DNA of 64,000 nucleotides from Candidatus Omnitrophota bacterium. Lineage in GTDB: Bacteria; Omnitrophota; Omnitrophia; Omnitrophales; Aquincolibacteriaceae. The stretch is taken from positions 315 through 64,314 of the forward strand of contig JAYTHE010000025.1 of the NCBI GenBank assembly GCA_043732705.1. The letters are read 5' to 3'. Under the pieces are notes generated by a model, which was not told the origin of the DNA, made no database searches, and was given only the letters and a program-made list of their open reading frames with translations. Position 1 is the stretch's first letter. Each line of letters starts with the position of its first letter. Shown piece after piece: positions 31,001 through 43,000 of this stretch. A program made the position numbers and the translations under genes.

Positions 31001-34000
31001 AATTTTAAACTTGCCTTCTCGATGACCAACGCTGAAAGTAATTTTTATGGCATCGTCGTCATTCGATGGCTGCAGGTCACGCTCATAATCTTTAAATAAG
31101 CCCGGTAACACCAATTGCTTAAGCGGCAGATCCGCTAAACTCGGAAGATAGTCCGCAAAATTATCCGCATCCGGTTGATTCGATCTAATGGTGAGATCCC
31201 TCAAATTTTTAAAGTGGTTAAACAACCCTAAGTCTTGACCAAAACCAATAACAGATAAGAGGCAATCGACTACTATTATGCGAGGATTGTTTTTTGCAAA
31301 TTCAGCCAAAGCGTTTGTTTTATTAAGCTCAATATGAACGCTCATTATGCCGCGAAAATCTTTTAAGAGAGCCGCTTGCTCAGCAGACCAAGAGCCACGA
31401 AGCAAGATGGTTCTCGGCGAACTCGAAAAAAACTCAGGAACCTCCGCACTATTTCCCGTACCGTTCAATTCCAGAATTTTATTTCGCACACCATTGTTCC
31501 AAGCAAGCAATTCCTGCGACGACATTTCATACGCCGCTTCAGGATCAGGCGCTTGGGATGGCTCGGGTGAAGCAGGCGGGCTCGCCGTGTCTGACAGCAC
31601 AACGCTCATGGTTTCATCGCCAACACCAAACGAGACTTCCACGACATTATCAGCTCCCGCCGGCGCCGATTTTAATGCCGGATAATCTTTTTTATTGCCG
31701 GGTAATTCCACTGTTCTGAGCTTAGGCAGCTGCGATAAATATTTTAAATTCGCACCCAAATTAAATAATGCGCGCCCCTTCGACATCCCCAAAATATTGA
31801 GCCGCTCCAAATGTTTGAGCGACGCAAGCCAGGGCCGCGTTAGATTCGCGCTATCGCTCTCATGAAGATGAAAAACCAAATGATATAATCGCGGGTTATT
31901 CGTGACTAAGCTTTCAATACCCTGCATGTCTTTTGCATCCATATGAATTGACTCAATGCCACGGAAGCTCGCAAGGAGTTCGATTTGCGCCAAAGTCGGA
32001 TTACCGTAAACGGATAAAACTAATTTGCCCTCAAAAGATTCAGATAAAGAAGCTCCTGACGTTGTTGCCAAAGCATTCAACCTGTCGATAACGGTTTTGT
32101 TATAGGCGAGGCGGTCAGCAAAACTTAAGTCGTATGCGGCTTCAGGATCGAGCACTTGGGATACATGCGGCTGAGTTTCTTTCGGTGCGGGCTTTGCTTG
32201 TAAATGCGCTAAAACTGCAAAACCCTCGTTCTCTTGTCCCGTAAACTCGCCGGCACGATTACTCATAAAGTGCACAAAATGAAACGCTCCGGGTTCATTT
32301 GCAACTGTTCGTAATAGATAAGGCTTACACTTTTCCTGAACTTCAAAGAGTGACAAACTTTCAAGTTTGCGGGATGAGATGAATTTTAAAACTTCTACCC
32401 CTACATTCGCAAGCGGCGGAAGCGAAAGATGAACGACATTGGTTAAATTCTCAAGCCATTGCCAGCCATCAACATGCGTTGTCGGCGAAAGGTCAGCCGC
32501 ATAATCAAATTGGCGAATTTGAGGGTTGTTTTTGGTCAGTTGATCCAAATCGTAATCCGAAACTTCCGGTGAATTGATGTACACTTCCCCGATTCCCCGA
32601 AGCTGCGGCAGCACATTTCGATCTAACTTAGTTAAGCCCGAACTAATATGCAAAAACAGGTGCCCATCATCCGATAATTTAGTATTAATCTTCGCTTCTG
32701 GAATTCCATTCGCCGCCAAAATTTTCTGGTTGTATCTCCAAAGCTTGATTATGTCGAGGCCATAATAATCATTCGGATCTGCGAGCGGCTTTTGCGGATC
32801 GAGCGGCAGTTGAGCCTTTGGCGCGGCAGCGGTTTCTTTGACACGATGTTTTTCGGGCCACTGATTACCATTGTTAAAAATCTCAAAACCAAATCCTCCG
32901 TCAGTAACCGTTTGAAATACTGCGAGGGCTTGCGCTTGTGACTCGGCGCCTTTTCCATCAGGAGGAAAACGAATGAATAATTTTTCTAATTTACGAAATC
33001 TTTGAATGCTTTGCCAATCTGTAAAATTGGGCGCGTTTTCTATCGATAAAACTTTGAGTTCAGTCGGCAATGCGTTTACAGCCTCATTTGTGATATTCGT
33101 CCGAGACACACTGATTTCATCAGCGCCGGCTGTGGCCTGGGCAATTTGAATCCATTCCTGTTGATTTTCAGGGGACCCCATGAACAGAGAGACGTTGACC
33201 CGCCCGTCCTTGAGAAAAACACTATCTTTAAGGTCTGTTTTTTTCCATGGAAGCACACCGGCATCCATGAGGCTCTGCAATGCTCGCTGAACCTTCTCGA
33301 GTCGGGCTTGAGCGGGTTCGTTCACTGTGGACGGCGCGGCGGCTTTGATGCGGTATTTCCTCATTAACAAACTGCCGTCAAAATCAATTTTAAAACCTTG
33401 CTCATCATCGCGAACGGATTCCAATTCAGCACGGGCTTGCATTGATGCAGGTCCCCCGGCATCAACAAATGCGATATGCAATTCTTCAAGCTGATGGAAT
33501 CTTCGAATAATTTGCCAGTCCGTAAACTGGCGGGTATGATTGAGTATCAAGACCTTAACTCCGGCCGGTAATTCGCTTACGGCTTCGTTCGTGATATCTC
33601 CCGCCGCCGCGTAAATTTCATCCGCTCCTTCAACAGCGCGGACAATTTGAATCCAATGTTGGGGATTCTTTAAAGTCATATTGCTCAAGCTCACTGTTAC
33701 CCTGTCGCCGTCTTTTAACTTAACACCGAAGGGAATAAATTCTTCTGTCCATGGCAATACGCCGTCCGCCATCAGCTTTCTTAAATTGCGCGAAATGGTC
33801 TCTAATCGGGCTTGAGGAGAATTGTCCGCTGCTTGCGAAGTTTTAGGTGAGGCATCGGCCGCAGGCGAAGAGGAGCGATTGACATGCGGATTGTTGCGAT
33901 GAAATTGCGCCATCACATCCGCAGGGGGCAAAGATTGGCCATGGGCTTCAAAAGAACTAACGCCGCGCAGCAACATAAGCGCCGCAGTCTCTTCTGCACT

Positions 34001-37000
34001 TAACGGTTGTCCTATTTCAACGCCCAGAATAGTTCCCTGGTTCTCAGTCACTGCCGAATAGCGATTAATTCTTTGCTGTGAAATTCCCGCTTCCTGCAAA
34101 ATCCGATTATTGTATTCAAACAAAATTGACGCATCGAGTTGGTAATAAAGATTCGGATCCGCGAGCGGATGCGCGGGATCAAGGACAAGCACATTTATGC
34201 GCCATTCTTTAGGTGCCGCGGGTGCGGGCGCAAAATATAAATCAAGTCCAGGCGCGTCCAGAGGAGCATTCACAATCAACACATCTTCTTCCAAATGATC
34301 CAGCTCAACAATCGTTTTGCGTCCGTTAAAAACAGCTAAAATGGAATTTTCCAACTCAAAAATATTTATTTTTTTGACTTGAGAACGGTGCAATCGACTC
34401 GCATCTTGAGAATCAAGCGTAAGCGAAAGATAACTGCGCAAATTAGGAAAATTCGGCAAAGGCATATTTGTCGCTGTGTCTTTAAGCGGCCACCATTCAA
34501 GCACAACCAACTCCGGGTTATTTTGGGCGAGCACTCCCAGCTCGGCTTTTGGCAGACCAAAGTTCGTCGCATCAAATGAATAAAAGTTTTTGATGTGCGG
34601 CATTAATTGGGTCCATTGTTCCGGTGATAGTTTATTGACAAAATAAAAATGCCAAAGCCCGTCTTTTTGATAAACCGTTTCTTCCTGCGCTTCACGTTTA
34701 AAACCTAATTTGGAAAGCTTGTCTTTAAGCACGGTTTTATCGGCAGGCTCTTGTGTTGCTGGATCGGAAGCGGCGTATTGAACCTGATAATAAACATTAT
34801 CCGGTTTGCCTTCGCCGTTTTGAATCGTGACTTTGTAGCCGTGTTCACTCGGCTCCGTGACGCGAAAATGATAATCAAGTTTGTTGCCCGTAATCGGCTG
34901 ATTTCGCGGCGCAATCAAATGGTCAATATCTGTTAACGAGGGCAGCACTTGTTTTGCAAGACTGCCTGCATGGATTCCAGCGGCAGTCAAATCTAAAACA
35001 ATTTCACCTTGATCGATTTTTAGAAAATGTTTTCCCAAAAGTCCGCGCATCTTTGCGTCATCAGACGTTAGCGCGTCAAATTGCTTAATCGCGTTTTGTA
35101 AGCGCTGTTCAATTCCATGCTTCGCGCCGGGGGGAGCTGGAACAGCCTCATCATCAAAAGGCACTTTCTGATTTTTAAAAATTTTTTCTTGCCCGTCAGC
35201 AAAATAAATCAAATCAAATCCATTACCTGAGGGATCCTCCCCCATAGTGGCATCTTCGCTCAAACGATTATTGCCGATTTGGACAACCAATCCTTTGCGG
35301 CCGTTCAGTACGGCTAAATCTGAAACATTGATTGGCAACGCTTTCTTACCTGGAATAATGAAAATTTTTTCAACCGATGGGGGTAAAGTCAATATGTCCG
35401 GCAGTCCATACTCAATAGCATGCTCATAGACAATCTTGCGAAGGCGCGGCATTTTTTGAAGCGCAACAGCAACTTGTTCTGACTTTACAGCGGTAGCGTC
35501 AAAGTGCGCAAGAGTCAGCATTTCCAAACGCTCAAGCGGCAACGCATTAAATTCTGCTGGTGTCAAATGCCGGGCGCTATAACCACGCAAATTAGGAAAT
35601 AATTTACCGAAATCGGGCCAAAATCCTTCTTTCTCTGGAAAAGGCGGTTCAAGAATAAATAAATCTGGATTTTGATCAGCGAGAAAGCTCCACATCTCAA
35701 CCGGGAAATTATCCGCGTTTTCAAATTCGAGAACCGCGACGCCTCGAACGAGCATAATAAGACTGATCCAATCCACAAATTCAAGACGGCCCGGGTATTC
35801 CACGTTAACCCGGCAATAAATAAAGCCATCTTGATAGTTAATAGAAAAATACTCGCCGCCTTTCAACGCTTTGAGATCCGTGTTTAAACTTGCGGCATGT
35901 TCTCGCACAGCCTCGATTTTCGCGTTGTCCGGCTCATAAACAACATTCGAATAATTAACTTCTTTAGTGCCCAACTCACCTTGACTGTAAACCGTCACAA
36001 GATATCCCTTTTCAGAAACCGCGGCCGGCCGGAAACTATAATTTTTCGGAGATGGAGGATAGGGTGCTTGCGACATTGGATCCGAAGGAGACGGAAACCG
36101 GGCATGGCCAATAAACCGCGGAAGAAGTACATGATCAAATCCGTGAATATTTTTCAAAATTTCATTCACGACATCCATACCATGCTTTTCGTACGACGTT
36201 AAATCCAAAACTACTTCATCGTGATCAATGGAAACAATACTCGGGGCAAATGGATACTTTTGTATTGATTCCAAATGCAATAGCTGGTCGATTACAGCTC
36301 TTTGACGCTGCTTGAGGTCTTCGATTGATTTATTTTCAGAAAAATCTGCAAGGAGTTCGTAAACTTGATTGAATTGATTCGTGGCATAAGTTCTAACTCG
36401 GGCGATGTTTTCAGGCAGAAGCGCATCGGATTCGGTCCAATATTCTACAAAGTCGTCTGTGGGGTACTTTGAAAAATCCGTCCCATCTTTTACGATGATG
36501 ATAGTTTTTAACTTTGCTCCTGCCAGCGCAAATGAATTGACAATATATTGTTTAACAGCCCCGCCCCTTTCGTGAATGAATCTTTGAACCAAAAAAGTTA
36601 AACCTATTTGTGAAAAAGGCTTCGCTTTGATTTTATATTTCGGGGACACGCCTTCCACGACGGCGGCTGCGGCAGCTTCCGGCTTCACTTCTTCATCCAT
36701 TTTTTGATGTTGAATCGCGGCATGCACAGCGGCATAGGCGTAACCGGAAAAAAGCAAAGTTTGAATGTCATCCAGAGTTGCCAGCCATGGGCTTTTTAAA
36801 TTAAATTCGCGCGCAAGATTTCGCGCTGTTTCGTCACGGTCAATCAAGGTTGCGTTTTGGCCCGCCATGCCTAAGGCCGCCATCAATTCCTGCAAAGACA
36901 AAATTCGCGGCGAGATTTGCCCAGAATTCATCAAAACCCGGACGGAATAGCCGCGCTCAAACAGAAAACGGAAAAGGTCTGCCTGCAATGCCGTCAATTT

Positions 37001-40000
37001 GCCGCCACCATAAATCACGAGATCACGCGGCAAACGCTTCAGTACCGCGCCCGAAGTTTGGCGCGCTAAATCCCAATTGCCCGTTTTAAGCAAAATTGAT
37101 AAATCCAGTTTATGTCCGCCTGTTCTTCTTCCCGTGTCCATCAGCCAGTTAAAAAAAGCCCGGAATAAATTCTCAAAAATTTCGGGCTCCTGATCGCGAA
37201 GTTTGGCGAGCTGAGGATCTTCAGGCGGTTTTTCAACCGTCGGCGTAATCGATACTGTTTTAAAATTCACAGCTTCCACCCGGACCAGCGCCTCATCGGG
37301 CGGTTTGATGATTTCGCCGCGCGGCCCATCAACATCCCAGGCATTTTTGCCGCCCCGCGCCTCAGGACTGTAGATGTCACCTTGCGGCTCAAATTTTTCA
37401 CCACTGTTTCTTCCGTCCAGGTTCAACAAGGACATGAAGCGACTCAACGCGTCCATTTCGCGCTGCTTCTTCTCGTTCGGCGGCGGTGACTCCGGCTCGG
37501 GCTCTCCTGCTTTTTCGCGCGCTGCCTTTTCCTCTAAAAACTGCTGATACCGGCGTGCCATCTCTTCTAATTTCTTATATCTTTGCCAGACGCGCTCATA
37601 TTTCTTAAGAGCGTTTTGAAACCTTTTATTTAATTTTTCCAGTTTTTGCTGCTCATCGGGATTTTGAAACTCCTGTCTTAAATTTTGCAGCATAACCAGC
37701 ACCGCGCCCGGAAGCCTGCGCGCGGGATTTTTAATTTGATCTTCAATTTCATCCAAACGTTTAAAAGTCACCATCCCCGGTGTTTTGAGCGCCAAAGCCA
37801 AATGCTTTTCGATCAGCGTCATCGCTTCGTCAAAATCCGCTACTTTTTCATTAAAGTTTTTCTGACGTTTAGCGCGTAAACGTTCCTGCGTTTGACGGTC
37901 GGCCTCTGCTTTCGCCTGTGCGTCCATTTCAGCGCGCATAGCAAGTGCCTGGCTGATATCCGGGACGGCTATCTGAGGTGCATTTTTTTCCTTAGGTATA
38001 TCGCCCTCCTGAACTTCGGGAACAGGATGATTTGTATTTTGAACAATGCTTTCAACCCAATCTACAATTTGAGATTGTAAAAATTGGATTTGGAGTTCGC
38101 TTAAAACCAACTCGCCGCCATTGATATCCGGATCTAATTGGGTAGTTAAGCTTTCCCATACATTCGATTGAGGCATTCCGACATATGAATCACCCTTCAA
38201 ATGTTCAAGCAAAGCAGGAAAAGGATTTTCACCCAGCAGCGAGAAAAAGTCGCCGTCACCATTCTGCGCTCCGGTAAGCCCCATTAAAGCGGCCTGAAAT
38301 TTTTCTAAATCCGCGATCGTAACCTGGCCAAACAAATAGGCCATAAGCGAGTAACGGTAAAGTTTGCGCGGTGTCAGCGTATTATTTGCATTTTCAATCC
38401 ACTCAAAAAGTACTGCGACCGCGTCCTGGTTCAAAGCTCCTTCGGGAGTGCGAATGTTTTGAATCACATGCGCCAATTGAATCGCGGAGTTGGGCGGGCG
38501 GCGCGGTTCCCGGCTAAAAATCCGTCCGGCTAAAAATTCAACCCAGGCCAATTGCACATCATCAAACAAATCCGCGGCAAGTCCTTTATTGGCATCCGAC
38601 GACCAGGAGCGTTCATTGAAAAGAGAATCCATGATTTGCATAAATAATTTTTCGGATTGTTCCCCCTGCACACGGAAATATTCACCGCGCGTAAAAGCAT
38701 GCATACCCAAAGTCATACTGATAAAAAACCAGTCCCTTCCTGTCGCAATATCCGCCGTGCTAATTACAAGCGCATTGTCCTTATGCTCAAAATAAGAATG
38801 TTGATTGGTTCGATTGATTTTGACGTGAATTTTATTAATGACAGGCGGACTTAAGACATCCACGATTTTTTGATAAATCGCGACTTGCTTCACCGAAGCT
38901 GTGTCAGGCTGATTTTCGGTAAGCTGCGACACGGCATAAAGCCGCTCAAAATCAGCGGAATGCTCCGCAAGTTGCCAGCGTTCGTATGTCGGCCCATAAA
39001 CAAAACGCGCGGCATCCGCCCAACCAGCTTGCGGATGCTTGACTAAATATTGAATGGCTCGGGTCAGTTCACGAATGGTAGGAATAAACTCTTCGTTTTG
39101 GACTTGAGCGGTAATCCAAGCCTGAAAATGCGCAATGCTGGCCACTCTAGTATCATCTTCCGCCAGCCCTGCGGTTTGCGCCAATTTTGCGGTGATTAAA
39201 AGCAAACTCGGCTCATCATAAGGCCGCGCCATAAACACCGATGAGCGGCTCATCAAAGGCGATGAGACTTTATTGCGGCCTGAAAAATGCGCGCCATTTA
39301 AAGTTCCGATGAAAAGAAAACCCGGATGCGGCTTTTTCCCGCCGGCCAAAATATCATTCAACTTCCCTTCCAGCACGCCCGATTTCAAAAAATTCATTTC
39401 GCGCAAAGCAATGATGGAACCATCCGCTTTCGCAGTTTGAATCGTCGCTTCAAGTTCATCATCACTCATCGAACCGTTCAAATAATGAATGGCCTGGGAA
39501 GCGCTCGAAACCGGGTTGCGTTTTTGCCATTCCGCTAAAAAGTTTTCGAGTACAAAATCTTTGCCCCAACCCGAAGGACCCAGAACAAGCGATGACACCT
39601 TGCCGGGCTCAACAAATTGGCCCTCCGCGCGCGCTTGACGCAAGCGCATCAAATCCCATAAATACGCAAGATAGGAAAGCGTTTGGCCGGTCAACGCTAC
39701 GTCATTCAAAGTCGCATAGTCTGCAAATTGCGCGCGCGTTGCTTCCAGCCGCTTCGCTTCAAGCGCCTTAAAATCAAGCAGCGGCCTTCCCTGTTCGTCA
39801 TTGCCCATTTTTTTCTGAAATATGAACTGTACCGCGCTTTGTTCGACTTCGCTGAAACGGTCGCGGTAAACAAGCCAGATTTGATAAATCAATTCGCTTT
39901 TTTTGTCCTGGTCCGATGCGCTGAGGCCGAATGCTTTGACGCGATTGCTGGCTTCTTGAATTTCGCGGATCGAAAACTCATATTGCGGGCCGATTAATTT

Positions 40001-43000
40001 CGCGATTTCATGCATATTCATCAAAATCGGAATGATTTCTTCGGCATCCTTCACGCCCGCTAAATATCGCTCGGCCTGCGCTTCATAAAAAGCCCGGTCA
40101 AAGTCATCAAAAACAACCGTGACACCTCTTTCCTGCGCGACGCGCAAGACATTGCGGTCTTCCGTTGTTTCATCATTGCCGGTCATCACAATGGGTTTGT
40201 TTTTGCCGGCATTATCTAATAAAAAATAATGAAAATCAGCCGGAGCGGTATTGGCTTCATCCCAAAGCAAAATACCGCGTAGGCTTTTACGCCAATTGCC
40301 CACAAAGCCGCGCGGGCCGGTACCGGTCAATTCACTTTCTTCGACATTAGAACCCGTTGTAAAAGGCCCGAATCTTTCTTCCGCGGAATAGCCAAGCGCT
40401 TGCGCTAAATCGGGCAACAATTTACTTTTGCCCGTACCGGGCGCGCCCTGCAAAAAAACAATCGGAACCGCCTGCGTAATTTTTTTCACCAGTGCCAGAC
40501 GTTCATCGGCTGTTAAATAATCAAGTTCAAGTTCATCGTCGATGAGAGGAACTGTTAGATTGCCAACACCGGCGTGATTTAAAGTGTCTCTTAAAAAACT
40601 TCGAAAACCCGTGCGGTCATTCTTGTATTTTAAAACCACGGCCTCTTTAATGACGGCAAGCGGCTGCTCGGACAAATCTCCTTTCCAAGACTTTTCGGCG
40701 AGCTCATCCCTTAAGGCCTCGAGCGTGTCCCAGCTCAAAGTATTCACCATTTGCCAATAAAATTTATGCCAATCTTCCGCAGACCGAATGTGACTTAGAA
40801 TTTTGTTCAGCCTTCGCCCGGCAATCGCCGAGTTCATGCTTCCGGACACACCACGTTTGGCTTCCTGCGCGCCCAACATGATTTTGGCCTGAACCTGAAT
40901 GTAATTCGCGATGACCGCGTCGCGGCGATAATGCACGCCCCAAGTATGCTGAAAAGCCTCGAAAGGATTTTGTAACTCTTGCAGCAACGCGAAATAAACC
41001 TTTAGCCGCGCATAACTCCAATCAAATTCGCTCGGAAACAGTTCGTTGGTCAAGCCGCGATTTGACGGCAAAGGCAGATTTTTAAAGAGGTCGCGCAATT
41101 GCTTGAGCTGATTCCATTTTTCATTCAGCTTGCCGCTTGCCGCAAGAGTTGGAAATTCTTTTTTTAACTGCTCGAAATAAAGCGCGTCTTGATCTTCAGA
41201 TTTTGCGATGCGCGTGGAATATTCGTAGCGCGACCGGCCTTCATTTAAACCAGTCGCCGTTAAAATCAACTTCCCTTTGAATTCGGAGAGATTCTTTCGT
41301 TCGCCATTCACAATCAAATAAGGCACGTCGGAGAAAAGCGACTCAAGTTCTTTCATCAAACGCGGACTGCGTTCGACGCCCTCAAGAATAACTGTTTCAC
41401 CCGCCTCAAGCGCGGCCAATACTTTTTGTTTCACGTTGCGAATTTCAAAATATTTGTCATGTACGCTCATGAGCTCGCCCGTATCAATCATCGCGCTCGC
41501 GCTTGATCCTAAGCTCATATGTTGGACCGTTACTTTTTGGGCGGGATTTGCGGCACGGATTCTCTCGGTCAGAAAAGGCAAATCATCAGCCTCGAGCAAA
41601 TGCACACTGCCTGCTTCCATCTCCGGTAAATCCGAAGTTGCCTCTTCCGGTTCCGCAACAGCCGCGGGCTTCATCGCAACGAAATGCGAATAAACGAACG
41701 GCACTTCCACTCCCGCGGCAACTTCCACTTGAACGCCTGGCGTATGCATAATCGCGTTCCAAATACCTTCATCTTCGAGATTTTCCGTGATTCTGATTTT
41801 GACATTCTTTTGCGCCAAAATCCCGGGCAAAGGCCGCAAACGGTTTGTGCGGGCATCAATCTCAACTCGTTGAAAGAGAATATCTTTGGTAACTTGATTG
41901 ATCATCCAAACGTCACCTTCCAACGCATGTCCCAAATGAATGGTTTTCGGCTCGGATAAACGTGAATAATCTTTTTGCTGAAAGACAATTTCAAAATCAG
42001 GCGGCACCTGAATCACTTGGCCGTTCACAATCAAGGTGCGGTAAACCAAAATTTGATCGATAAAATAGCGGAAATCCGGGTCGTTGCGCGGCCCCTGAAT
42101 TACAAGCCGTTTCTTGCCGTTCATCGCTTTCACGAGCGGGCCTTCCTGATACTCCCATTCACCCTGACCATTAATGCCGATATGCTCAACTAAAATATCC
42201 TGAAAATCGGACCTCTTCATAAGATCAATCACCGCGTCATTTGGTCCCAACACGGCATCTTCACGAAGCTGATTGTGGTCCTGCATGAGCCGGTCGAACT
42301 CTGAATGAAAAGCTCCCGTATCAAGTCCGGTGCTTTGATCATCCGTTTGCAGCGCGCGCGAATAAACTGTGATCGAAAAATGGTCCGCTTCTTTCGGATG
42401 AATTCCGACAAAGACCTGCAAACGTGGATCCGCGGGCGTGGCCGAGCTTCCTAAAAACGGTTTAGCATCGAAGAGCGCGTTAAACTGCTCCAAGGCCCGC
42501 GCGTCCGCGCCTTCGGTATCAAAAAATAAAATTCCGCCCCCCCTCACTACGCGTTCAATGAGCCCCATTTGTGGGACACGCGTTCCGTCCGGCTGAACCG
42601 TAGCCAAATATTGAACCTCAATCCGGTGACGGTCATCACGGAGACGGACACGCAGATATGGGACATCGCGGTTTTCTTTTGACGACCGCTGCTTGGCGAG
42701 GTTATGCAATTCAAAATCCAGCGCGTCCATCGCTTCGGTTTTGTCAATGACGCGCGGCTCGCCTTCAATATCCCGCATTTCGGAACGCACGGTTTCGACA
42801 TCTACAGAAAGCGATGAATCTTTTTTTGTATAATTCCAAACAATATGACCGCCGCCCTTTGTAATTGAGGCTACAATTGATGAGGTGTAATCACTGTCGA
42901 ATTGCCCACGTAGTTCATGAGTGGACACTTTTATGAATCGTGAAATCATTGCAAAGGCAACTACGGCTGACAACATACTGAAAACGCCGGCCGGGAGAAT

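Noticed and set aside
30943-31567. Near-identical ~39-nt repeats as a CRISPR array or DGR pair
   Set aside because: Only two copies, in-frame, differing at synonymous sites; an ordinary module duplication
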